From assembly GCA_043228905.1 (NCBI GenBank), contig JBHGNT010000410.1, positions 1 to 27,689 on the forward strand: a DNA stretch of 27,689 nucleotides, in the 5' to 3' direction. This stretch comes from Azolla caroliniana. Its lineage: Eukaryota; Plantae; Polypodiophyta. Of the stretch, positions 1 through 11,300 are shown in pieces. Numbering within the stretch: position 1 is the stretch's first letter; each line of letters opens with the position of its first letter. The position numbers and the translations under genes are program-made. The notes under the pieces were generated by a model. The model did not search any database and was not told where the DNA came from. It saw only the letters and a list, made by a program, of their open reading frames with translations.

Positions 1-2030
1 AACACTAGCTATGATATGGAATTAAAAAATCAAGATTTTGAAACTCAGGTCGAGAGACATGAAGAAATTAGTAAATTAGAGGAGGGAGTTGAGAAGAGCC
101 CGAGAGAGAAATTAAAATGTTAGTACCTGGCTCGTGTGATATCAGATTTTTGTGTTTAAACATGCGAATCGAAGCTAACAACACTAGTTACGATATGGAA
201 TTAGAAAATCGAGATTTTAAAACTCAGGTCGAGAGACATGAAGAAATTAGTAAATTAGAGGGGAAATTTGAGAAGAGCGCGTCAGTAAATTAAAATTGTC
301 ATACCTGGCTCGTGTGATATCGTATTTTTATGTTCAAACATGCGAATCGAAGATAACAACACTAGCTATGATATGGACTTAAAAAATTTGGATTTTGAAA
401 CTCAAGTCGCGAGACATGATGAAATTAGTAAATTGGAGGAGAAAGTTGAGAAGAGCGCGTCAGTAAATTAAAATTGTCATACCTGGCTCGTGTGATATCG
501 GATTTTAGTGTGCAAACATGCGAATCGAAGCTAACAACACTACCTATGATATGGAATAAGAAAATCAAGATTTCGAAACTCAGGTCGAGAGACATGAAGA
601 AATTAGTAAATCAGAGGAGAAAATTAAAATTGTCATAGCTGGCTCTGTGATATCGGATTTTTGTGTTCAAACATGCGAATCGAAGCTAACGACAGTAGCT
701 ATGATATGGACTTAAAAAATCAAGATTTTGAAACTCAGGTCGCGAGACATGATGAAATTAGTAAATTTGAGGAGGGAGTTGAGAAGAGCGCGTGAGTAAA
801 TTAAAATGTTTATACCTGGCTCTTGTGATATCGGCTTTTTGTGTTCAAACATGCGAATCGATGCTAACAACACTAGCTATGATTTGGAATTAAAAAATCA
901 AAATTTTGAAACTCAGGTCGAGAGACATGAAGAAATTAGTAGATTAGAGGAGGGAGTTGAGAAGAGCCCGAGAGAGAAATTAAAATGTTAGTACCTGGCT
1001 CGTGTGATATCGGATTTTTGTGTTTAAACATGCGAATCGAAGCTAACAACACCACCTATGATATGGAATAAAAAAATCAAGATTTTGAAACTCAGGTCGA
1101 GAGACATGAAGAAATTAGCAAATTTGAGGAGGGAGTTGAGAAGAGCGCGTGAGTAAATTAAAATTGTCATACCTGGCTCGTGTGATATCGTATTTTTATG
1201 TTCAAACATGCGAATCGAAGATAACAACACTAGTTACGATATGGAATTAGAAAATCAAGATTTTAAAACTCAGGTCGAGAGACATGAAGAAATTAGTAAA
1301 TTGGAGGAGAAAGTTGAGAAGAGCGCGTCAGTAAATTAAAATTGTCATACCTGGCTCGTGTGATATCGGATTTTAGTGTTCAAACATTCGAATCGAAGCT
1401 AACAACACTACCTATGATATGGAATAAGAAAATCAAGATTTTGAAACTCAGGTCGAGAGACATGAAGAAATTAGTAAATCAGAGGAGAAAGTTAAAATTG
1501 TCATAGCTGGCTCTGTGATATCGGATTTTTGTGTTCAAACATGCGAATCGAAGCTAACGACAGTAGCTATGATATGGACTTAAAAAATCAAGATTTTGAA
1601 ACTCAGGTTGCGAGACATGATGAAATTAGTAAATTTGAGGAGGGAGTTGAGAAGAGCGCGTGAGTAAATTAAAATGTTTATACCTGGCTCTTGTGATATC
1701 GGATTTTTGTGTTCAAACATGCGAATCGATGCTAACAACACTAGCTATGATTTGGAATTAAAAAATCAATATTTTGAAACTCAGGTCGAGAGACATGAAG
1801 AAATTAGTAAATTAGAGGAGGGAGTTGAGAAGAGCCCGAGAGAGAAATTAAAATGTTAGTACCTAGCTCGTGTGATATCGGATTTTTGTGTTTAAACATG
1901 CGAATCGAAGCTAACAACACTAGTTACGATATGGAATTAGAAAATCAAGATTTTAAAACTCAGGTCGAGAGACATGAAGAAATTAGTAAATTAGAGGGGA
2001 AAGTTGAGAAGAGCGCGTCAGTAAATTAAA
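1..2030. repeat. Imperfect 5-monomer HOR, 868-bp period, about 2.3 copies
   Basis: Monomer starts 117/985/1853, 295/1163, 473/1341, 629/1497 and 806/1674 are all offset by 868 (178+178+156+177+179). Copies share a 22-bp deletion (near 622 and 1490), a 1-bp deletion (GGCTCTGTGA) and the CCCGAGAGAGAA variant. Confidence 0.88.
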
Positions 2031-2563
2031 ATTGTCATACCTGGCTCGTGTGATATCGGATTAGTGTTCAAAGATGCAAATCGAAGCTAACAACACTAGC
2101 TATGATATGGAATTAAAAAATCAAGATTTTGAAACTCAGGTCGAGAGACATGAAGAAATTAGTAAATTAGAGGAGGGAGTTGAGAAGAGCCCGAGAGAGA
2201 AATTAAAATGTTAGTACCTGGCTTGTGTGATATCGGATTTTTGTGTTTAAACATGCGAATCGAAGCTAACAACACTAGTTACGATATGGAATTAGAAAAT
2301 CAAGATTTTAAAACTCAGGTCGAGAGACATGAAGAAATTAGTAAATTAGAGGGGAAATTTGAGAAGAGCGCGTCAGTAAATTAAAATTGTCATACCTGGC
2401 TCGTGTGATATCGGATTTTAGTGTTCAAACATGCGAATCGAAGCTAACAACGGTAGCTATGATATGGAATTAGAAAATCAAGATTTTGAAACTCAGGTCA
2501 AGAGACATGAAGAAATTAGTAAATTAGAGGAGGGAGTTGATAAGAGCGCGTCAATAAATTAAA

Positions 2564-2687
2564 ATTGTCATACCTGGCTCGTGTGATATGGAATTAAAAC
2601 ATCAAGATTTTGAAACTCTGGTCGAGAGACATGAAGAAATTAGCAAATTTAAGGAGGGAAATTAGAACAGCGCGTGAGTAAATTAAA
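2564..2687. repeat. Truncated 124-bp monomer (54-bp internal deletion)
   Basis: GTGTGATATGGAATT at 2581-2595 joins monomer position 26 to position 81 across the repeated hexamer TGATAT. Confidence 0.93.
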
Positions 2688-3399
2688 ATGTTCATACCTG
2701 GCTCGTGTGATATCGGATTTTAGTGTTCACACATGCGAATCGAAGCTAACAACGCTAGCTATGATATGGAATTAAAAAATCAAGATTTTGAAACTCAAGT
2801 CGAGAGACATGACGAAATTACCAAATTTGAGGATTGAGTTGAGAAGAGCCCTTGAGTAAATTAAAATGTTCATACCTGGCTCGTGTGATATCGGATTTTT
2901 GTGTTCAAACATGCATATCGAAGCTAACGACGCGAGCTATGATATAGAATTAGAAAATCAAGATTTTGAAACTCAGGTCGAGAGACATGAAGAAATTAGT
3001 AAATTAGAGGAGAAAGTTGAGAAGAGCGCGTCATTAAATTAAAATTGTCATAGCTGGCTCGTGTGATATCGGATTTTTGTGTTCAAACATGCGAATCGAA
3101 GCTAACAACACTAGCTATGACATGGACTTAAAAAATCAAGATTTTGACACTCAGGTCGCGAGACATGATGAAATTAGTAAATTTGAGGTGGGAGTTGAGA
3201 AAAGCGCGTGAGTAAATTAAAATGTTTATACCTGGCTCTTGTGATATCGGATTTTTGTGTTCAAACATGCGAATCTATGCTAACAACACTAGCTATGATT
3301 TGGAATTAAAAAATCAAGATTTTGAAACTCAGGTCGAGAGACATGAAGAAATTAGTAAATTAGAGGAGAAAGTTTAGAAGAGCGCGTCAGTAAATTAAA

Positions 3400-3477
3400 A
3401 TTGTCATACCTGGCTCGTGTGATATCGGATTTTAGTGTTCAAAGATGCAAATCGAAGCTAACAACACTAGCTATGAC
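3400..3477. repeat. Truncated 78-bp monomer (about 100-bp deletion)
   Basis: CTATGACATGTTAGTACC at 3471-3488 joins the ATG at monomer positions 79-81 to the ATG that starts the next monomer. Confidence 0.92.
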
Positions 3478-4012
3478 ATGTTAGTACCTGGCTCGTGTGA
3501 TATCGGATTTTTGTGTTTAAACATGCGAATCGATGCTAACAACACTAGCTATGATATGGACTTAAAAAATCAAGATTTTGAAACTCAGGTCGCGAGACAT
3601 GATGAAATTAGTAAATTTGAGGTGGGAGTTGAGAAGAGCGCGTGAGTAAATTAAAATGTTTATACCTGGCTCTTGTGATATCGGATTTTTGTGTTCAAAC
3701 ATGCGAATCGATGCTAACAACACTAGCTATGATTTGGAATTAAAAAATCAATATTTTGAAACTCAGGTCGAGAGACATGAAGAAATAAGTAAATTAGAGG
3801 AGGGAGTTGAGAAGAGCCCGAGAGAGAAATTAAAATGTTAGTACCTGGCTCGTGTGATATCGGATTTTTGTGTTTAAACATGCGAATCGAAGCTAACAAC
3901 ACCACCTATGATATGGAATTAAAAAATCAAGATTTTGCAACTGAGATCGAGAGACATGAAGAACTTAGTAAATTAGAGGAGAAAGTTCAGAAGAGCGCGT
4001 CAGTAAATTAAA

Positions 4013-4193
4013 ATTGTCATACCTGGCTCAAACATGCAAATCGGACATTTGTGTTCAAACATGCAAATCGAAGCTAACAACGCTAGCTATGATATGGAAT
4101 TAAAAAATAAAGATTTTGAAACTCAGGTCGAGAGACATGACGAAATTATCAAAGTTGAGGAGTGAGTTGAGAACAGCCGTTGAGTAAATTAAA
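4013..4193. repeat. 181-bp junction monomer with an internal 16-bp direct duplication (further copies start at 6152, 7757, 13990 and 16307)
   Basis: TCAAACATGCAAATCG occurs at 4028-4043 and again at 4055-4070. The consensus GTGTGATA (8 nt) is replaced by AAACATGCAAA (11 nt). Confidence 0.95.
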
Positions 4194-6151
4194 ATGTTCA
4201 TACCTGGCTCGTGTAATATCGGATTTTTGTGTTCAAACATGCGAATCGAAGCTAACACTTCTAGCTATGATATGGAATTAAAAAATCAAGATTTTGAAAC
4301 TCAGGTCGAGAGACATGATGAAATTACCAAATTTGAGGAGTGAGTGGAGAAGAGCTAGTAGGTAAATTTAAATGTTCATACCTAGCTCGTGTGATATCGG
4401 ATTTTTGTGTTCAAACATGCAAATCGAAGCTTACAACGCTAGCTATGATATGGAATTAAAAATTCAAGAATTTGAAACTCAGGTCGAGAGACATGACGAA
4501 AATAGCAAACTTGAGGAGGGAGTTGAGAGGAGCCCTTGAGTAAATTAAAATGTTCATACCTGGCTCGTGTGATATCGGATTTTTGTGTTCAACCATGCAA
4601 ATCGAAGCTAACAACGCTAGCTATGATATGGAATTAAAAAATCAAGATTTTGAAACTCAGGTCGAGAGACATGACGAAAATAGCAAACTTGAGGAGGGAG
4701 TTGAGAGGAGCCCTTGAGTAAATTAAAATGTTCATACCTGGCTCGTGTGATATCGGATTTTTGTGTTCAAACATGCAAATCGAAGCTAACAACGCTAGCT
4801 ATGATATGGAATTAAAAAATCAAGATTTTGAAACTCAGGTCGAGAGACATGACGAAATTACCAAATTTGAGGAGTGAGTTGAGAAGAGCTAGTAGGTAAA
4901 TTTAAATGTTCATACTTGGCTCGTGTGATATCGGATTTTTGTGTTCAAACATGCAAATCGAAGCTAACAACGCTAGCTATGATATGGAATTAAAAAATCA
5001 AGATTTTGAAACTCAAGTCGAGAGACATGACGAAATTACCAAATTTGAGGAGTGAGTTGAGAAGAGCCCTTGAGTAAATTAAAATGTTCATACCTGGCTC
5101 GTGTGATATCGGATTTTTGTGTTCTAACATGCAAATCGAAGCTAACAACGCTAGCTATGATATGGAATTAAAAAATCAAGATTTTGAAACTCAAGTCCAG
5201 AGACATGACGAAAATAGCAAACTTGAGGAGGGAGTTGAGAGGAGCCCTTGAGTAAATTAAAATGTTCATACCTGGCTCGTGTGATATCGGATTTTTGTGT
5301 TCAAACATGCAAATCGAAGCTAACAACGCGAGCTATGATATGGAATTAAAAAATCAAGATTTTGAAACTCAGGTCGAGAGACATCACGAAATTACCAAAT
5401 TTGAGGAGTGAGTTGAGAACAGCCCTTGAGTAAATTAAAATGTTCATACCTGGCTCGTGTAATATCGGATTTTTGTGTTCACACATGCGAATCGAAGCTA
5501 ACAACGCGAGCTATGATATGGAATTAAAAAATCAAGATTTTGAAACTCAGGTCGAGAGACATGACGAAATTACCAAATTTGAGGAGTTAGTTGAGAGGAG
5601 CCCTTGAGTAAATTAAAATGTTCATACCTGGCTCGTGTAATATCGGATTTTTGTGTTCAAACATGCAAATCGAAGCTAACAACGCGAGCTATGATATGGA
5701 ATTAAAAAATCAAGATTTTGAAACTCAGGTCGAGAGACATCACGAAATTACCAAATTTGAGGAGTGAGTTGAGAACAGCCCTTGAGTAAATTAAAATGTT
5801 CATACCTGGCTCGTGTAATATCGGATTTTTGTGTTCAAACATGCGAATCGAAGCTAACGACGCGAGCTATGATTTGGAATTAAAAAATCAAGAATTTGAA
5901 ACTCAGGTCGAGAGACATGACGAAATTACCAAATTTGAGGAGTTAGTTGAGAACAGCCCCTGAGTAAATTAAAATGTTCATACCTGGCTCGTGTAATATC
6001 GGATTTTTGTGTTCAAACATGCAAATCGAAGCTAACAACGCGAGCTATGATATGGAATTAAAAAATCAAGATTTTGAAACTGAGATCGAGAGACATGAAG
6101 AACTTAGTAAATTAGAGGAGAAAGTTCAGAAGAGCGCGTTAGTAAATTAAA
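4013..6151. repeat. 12-monomer HOR unit (2,139 bp), prototype of the junction-containing HOR family
   Basis: Junction monomers start at 4013 and 6152 (181+11x178). The ordered diagnostic variants CACTTCT, CCTAGC, CAACCAT, CTTGGC, TCTAAC, CATCACG, CACACAT and CTGAGATC recur in later units. Confidence 0.9.
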
Positions 6152-7756
6152 ATTGTCATACCTGGCTCAAACATGCAAATCGGACATTTGCGTTCAAACA
6201 TGCAAATCGAAGCTAACAACGCTAGCTATGATATGGAATTAAAAAATCAAGATGTTGAAACTCAGGTCGAGAGACATGACGAAATTATCAAAGTTGAGGA
6301 GTGAGTTGAGAACAGTCGTTGAGTAAATTAAAATGTTCATACCTGGCTCGTGTAATATCGGATTTTTGTGTTCAAACATGCGAATCGAAGCTAACACTTC
6401 TAGCTATGATATGGAATTAAAAAATCAAGATTTTGAAACTCAGGTCGAGAGACATGATGAAATTACCAAATTTGAGGAGTGAGTTGAGAAGAGCTAGTAG
6501 GTAAATTTAAATGTTCATACTTGGCTCGTGTGATATCGGATTTTTGTGTTCAAACATGCAAATCGAAGCTAACAACGCTAGCTATGATATGGAATTAAAA
6601 AATCAAGATTTTGAAACTCAAGTCGAGAGACATGACGAAATTACCAAATTTGAGGAGTGAGTTGAGAAGAGCCCTTGAGTAAATTAAAATGTTCATACCT
6701 GGCTCGTGTGATATCGGATTTTTGTGTTCTAACATGCAAATCGAAGCTAACAACGCTAGCTATGATATGGAATTAAAAAATCAAGATTTTGAAACTCAAG
6801 TCCAGAGACATGACGAAAATAGCAAACTTGAGGAGGGAGTTGAGAGGAGCCCTTGAGTAAATTAAAATGTTCATACCTGGCTCGTGTGATATCGGATTTT
6901 TGTGTTCAAACATGCAAATCGAAGCTAACAACGCGAGCTATGATATGGAATTAAAAAATCAAGATTTTGAAACTCAGGTCGAGAGACATCACGAAATTAC
7001 CAAATTTGAGGAGTGAGTTGAGAACAGCCCTTGAGTAAATTAAAATGTTCATACCTGGCTCGTGTAATATCGGATTTTTGTGTTCACACATGCGAATCGA
7101 AGCTAACGACGCGAGCTATGATTTGGAATTAAAAAATCAAGAATTTGAAACTCAGGTCGAGAGACATGACGAAATTACCAAATTTGAGGAGTTAGTTGAG
7201 AACAGCCCTTGAGTAAATTAAAATGTTCATACCTGGCTCGTGTAATATCGGATTTTTGTGTTCAAACATGCAAATCGAAGCTAACAACGCGAGCTATGAT
7301 ATGGAATTAAAAAATCAAGATTTTGAAACTCAGGTCGAGAGACATCACGAAATTACCAAATTTGAGGAGTGAGTTGAGAACAGCCCTTGAGTAAATTAAA
7401 ATGTTCATACCTGGCTCGTGTAATATCGGATTTTTGTGTTCAAACATGCGAATCGAAGCTAACGACGCGAGCTATGATTTGGAATTAAAAAATCAAGAAT
7501 TTGAAACTCAGGTCGAGAGACATGACGAAATTACCAAATTTGAGGAGTTAGTTGAGAACAGCCCCTGAGTAAATTAAAATGTTCATACCTGGCTCGTGTA
7601 ATATCGGATTTTTGTGTTCAAACATGCAAATCGAAGCTAACAACGCGAGCTATGATATGGAATTAAAAAATCAAGATTTTGAAACTGAGATCGAGAGACA
7701 TGAAGAACTTAGTAAATTAGAGGAGAAAGTTCAGAAGAGCGCGTTAGTAAATTAAA
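6152..7756. repeat. 9-monomer HOR variant (1,605 bp): the 12-mer lacking three monomers
   Basis: Length is 181+8x178. The CACTTCT monomer (6333) is followed directly by the CTTGGC monomer (6511), skipping the three monomers present at 4372-4905. Confidence 0.9.
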
Positions 7757-8392
7757 ATTGTCATACCTGGCTCAAACATGCAAATCGGACATTTGCGTTC
7801 AAACATGCAAATCGAAGCTAACAACGCTAGCTATGATATGGAATTAAAAAATCAAGATGTTGAAACTCAGGTCGAGAGACATGACGAAATTATCAAAGTT
7901 GAGGAGTGAGTTGAGAACAGTCGTTGAGTAAATTAAAATGTTCATACCTGGCTCGTGTAATATCGGATTTTTGTGTTCAAACATGCGAATCGAAGCTAAC
8001 ACTTCTAGCTATGATATGGAATTAAAAAATCAAGATTTTGAAACTCAGGTCGAGAGACATGATGAAATTACCAAATTTGAGGAGTGAGTTGAGAAGAGCT
8101 AGTAGGTAAATTTAAATGTTCATACCTAGCTCGTGTGATATCGGATTTTTGTGTTCAAACATGCAAATCGAAGCTAACAACGCTAGCTATGATATGGAAT
8201 TAAAAATTCAAGAATTTGAAACTCAGGTCGAGAGACATGACGAAAATAGCAAACTTGAGGAGGGAGTTGAGAGGAGCCCTTGAGTAAATTAAAATGTTCA
8301 TACCTGGCTCGTGTGATATCGGATTTTTGTGTTCAACCATGCAAATCGAAGCTAACAACGCTAGCTATGATATGGAATTAAAAAATCAAGAT

Positions 8393-11300
8393 TTTGAAAC
8401 TCAGGTCGAGAGACATGACGAAAATAGCAAACTTGAGGAGGGAGTTGAGAGGAGCCCTTGAGTAAATTAAAATGTTCATACCTGGCTCGTGTGATATCGG
8501 ATTTTTGTGTTCAAACATGCAAATCGAAGCTAACAACGCTAGCTATGATATGGAATTAAAAAATCAAGATTTTGAAACTCAGGTCGAGAGACATGACGAA
8601 ATTACCAAATTTGAGGAGTGAGTTGAGAAGAGCTAGTAGGTAAATTTAAATGTTCATACTTGGCTCGTGTGATATCGGATTTTTGTGTTCAAACATGCAA
8701 ATCGAAGCTAACAACGCTAGCTATGATATGGAATTAAAAAATCAAGATTTTGAAACTCAAGTCGAAAGACATGACGAAATTACCAAATTTGAGGAGTGAG
8801 TTGAGAAGAGCCCTTGAGTAAATTAAAATGTTCATACCTGGCTCGTGTGATATCGGATTTTTGTGTTCTAACATGCAAATCGAAGCTAACAACGCTAGCT
8901 ATGATATGGAATTAAAAAATCAAGATTTTGAAACTCAAGTCCAGAGACATGACGAAAATAGCAAACTTGAGGAGGGAGTTGAGAGGAGCCCTTGAGTAAA
9001 TTAAAATGTTCATACCTGGCTCGTGTGATATCGGATTTTTGTGTTCAAACATGCAAATCGAAGCTAACAACGCGAGCTATGATATGCAATTAAAAAATCA
9101 AGATTTTGAAACTCAGGTCGAGAGACATCACGAAATTACCAAATTTGAGGAGTGAGTTGAGAACAGCCCTTGAGTAAATTAAAATGTTCATACCTGGCTC
9201 GTGTAATATCGGATTTTTGTGTTCACACATGCGAATCGAAGCTAACGACGCGAGCTATGATTTGGAATTAAAAAATCAAGAATTTGAAACTCAGGTCGAG
9301 AGACATGACGAAATTACCAAATTTGAGGAGTTAGTTGAGAACAGCCCTTGAGTAAATTAAAATGTTCATACCTGGCTCGTGTAATATCGGATTTTTGTGT
9401 TCAAACATGCAAATCGAAGCTAACAACGCGAGCTATGATATGGAATTAAAAAATCAAGATTTTGAAACTCAGGTCGAGAGACATCACGAAATTACCAAAT
9501 TTGAGGAGTGAGTTGAGAACAGCCCTTGAGTAAATTAAAATGTTCATACCTGGCTCGTGTAATATCGGATTTTTGTGTTCAAACATGCGAATCGAAGCTG
9601 ACGACGCGAGCTATGATTTGGAATTAAAAAATCAAGAATTTGAAACTCAGGTCGAGAGACATGACGAAATTACCAAATTTGAGGAGTGAGTTGAGAACAG
9701 CCCTTGAGTAAATTTAAATGTTCATACCTGGCTCGTGTGATATCGGATTTTTGTGTTGAAACATGCAAATCGAAGCTAACAACGATAGCTATGATATGGA
9801 ATTAAAAATTCAAGAATTTGAAACTCAAGTCCAGAGACATGACGAAAATAGCAAACTTGAGGAGGGAGTTGAGAGGAGCCCTTGAGTAAATTAAAATGTT
9901 CATACCTGGCTCGTGTGATATCGGATTTTTGTGTTCAAACATGCAAATCGAAGCTAACAACGCTAGCTATGATATGGAATTAAAAAATCAAGATTTTGAA
10001 ACTCAGGTCGAGAGACATGACGAAATTACCAAATTTGAGGAGTGAGTTGAGAAGAGCTAGTAGGTAAATTTAAATGTTCATACTTGGCTCGTGTGATATC
10101 GGATTTTTGTGTTCACACATGCGAATCGAAGCTAACAACGCTAGCTATGATATGGAATTAAAAATTCAAGATTTTGAAACTCAAGTCGAGAGACATGACG
10201 AAATTACCAAATTTGAGGAGTGAGTTGAGAAGAGCCCTTGAGTAAATTAAAATATTCATACCTGGCTCGTGTGATATCGGATTTTTGTGTTCAAACATGC
10301 ATATCGAAGCTAACGACGCGAGTTATGATATAGAATTAAAAAATCAAGATTTTGAAACTCAGGTCGAGAGACATGAAGAAATTACCAAATTTGAGGAGTG
10401 AGTTGAGAACAGCCCTTGAGTAAATTAAAATATTCATACCTGGCTCGTGTGATATCGGATTTTTGTGTTCAAACATGCAAATCGAAGCTAACAACGCTAA
10501 CTATGTTATGGAATTAAAAAATCAAGATTTTGAAACTCAAGTCCAGGGACATGACGAAAATAGCAAACTTGAGGAGGGAGTTGAGAGGAGCCCTTGAGTA
10601 AATTAAAATGTTCATACCTGGCTCATGTGATATCGGATTTTTGTGTTCAAACATGCGAATCGAAGCTAAGAATGCTAGCTATGATATGGAATTAAAAAAT
10701 CAAGATTTGGAAACTCAGGTCGAGAGACATGACGAAATTACCACATTTGAGAAGTGAGTTGAGAAGAGCCCTTGAGTAAATTAAAATGTTCATACCTGGC
10801 TCGTGTAATATCGGATTTTTGTGTTCAAACATGCAAATCGACGCTAACAACGCGAGCTATGATATGGAATTAAAAAATCAAGATTTTGAAACTCAGGTCG
10901 AGAGACATGACGAAATTACCAAATTTGAGGAGTGAGTTGAGAACAGCCGTTGAGTAAATTAAAATGTTCATACCTGGCTCGTGTAATATCGGATTTTTGT
11001 GTTCAAACATGCGAATCGAAGCTAACACTTCTAGCTATGATATGGAATTAAAAAATCAAGATTTTGAAACTCAGGTCTAGAGACATGATGAAATTACCAA
11101 ATTTGAGGAGTGAGTTGAGAAGAGCTAGTAGGTAAATTTAAATGTTCATACCTAGCTCGTGTGATATCGGATTTTTGTGTTCAAACATGCAAATCGAAGC
11201 TAACAACGCTAGCTATGATATGGAATTAAAAATTCAAGAATTTGAAACTCAGGTCGAGAGACATGACGAAAATAGCAAACTTGAGGAGGGAGTTGAGAGG

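Larger units (their letters stand above)
1..4027. repeat. Divergent 'edge' subfamily of the 178-bp satellite, with length-variant monomers
   Basis: Diagnostic motifs AACACTAG, CATGAAGAAATTAGTAAATTAGAGG, GAGCGCGTCAGT, ATTGTCATAC/ATGTTAGTAC and GCGAATC. Monomer lengths of 78, 124, 156, 177, 178 and 179 bp occur here. Confidence 0.93.

Noticed and set aside
806-3905. Six short ORFs (60-68 aa) on both strands in the ORF track
   Set aside because: Each is a translation of satellite monomers, lengthened by a +1 variant or a deletion. There is no recognisable domain or gene context.
4460-4476. Heat-shock-element-like TTCAAGAA in AAAATTCAAGAATTTG variants
   Set aside because: It has only two nGAAn units where at least three are normally needed, is present in a minority of monomers, and is expected by chance.
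4770-4790. CENP-B box (TTCG....A..CGGG) suggested by TTCG on the minus strand
   Set aside because: The minus strand reads TTCGATTTGCATGTTT, lacking the required A and CGGG.
4870-4890. GAGGAG/GGAGG Shine-Dalgarno-like or G-quadruplex-like purine tract
   Set aside because: It lies about 30 nt from the next ATG, the context is not prokaryotic, and there are not four G3 runs.
4728-4905. CpG retention (6 CpG per consensus monomer, observed/expected about 1) as evidence of an unmethylated genome
   Set aside because: Several variants are CpG transitions (GCGA/GTGA/GCAA, GACG/GATG, AACG/AACA), and homogenised satellites can keep CpG even when methylated, so this is uninformative.
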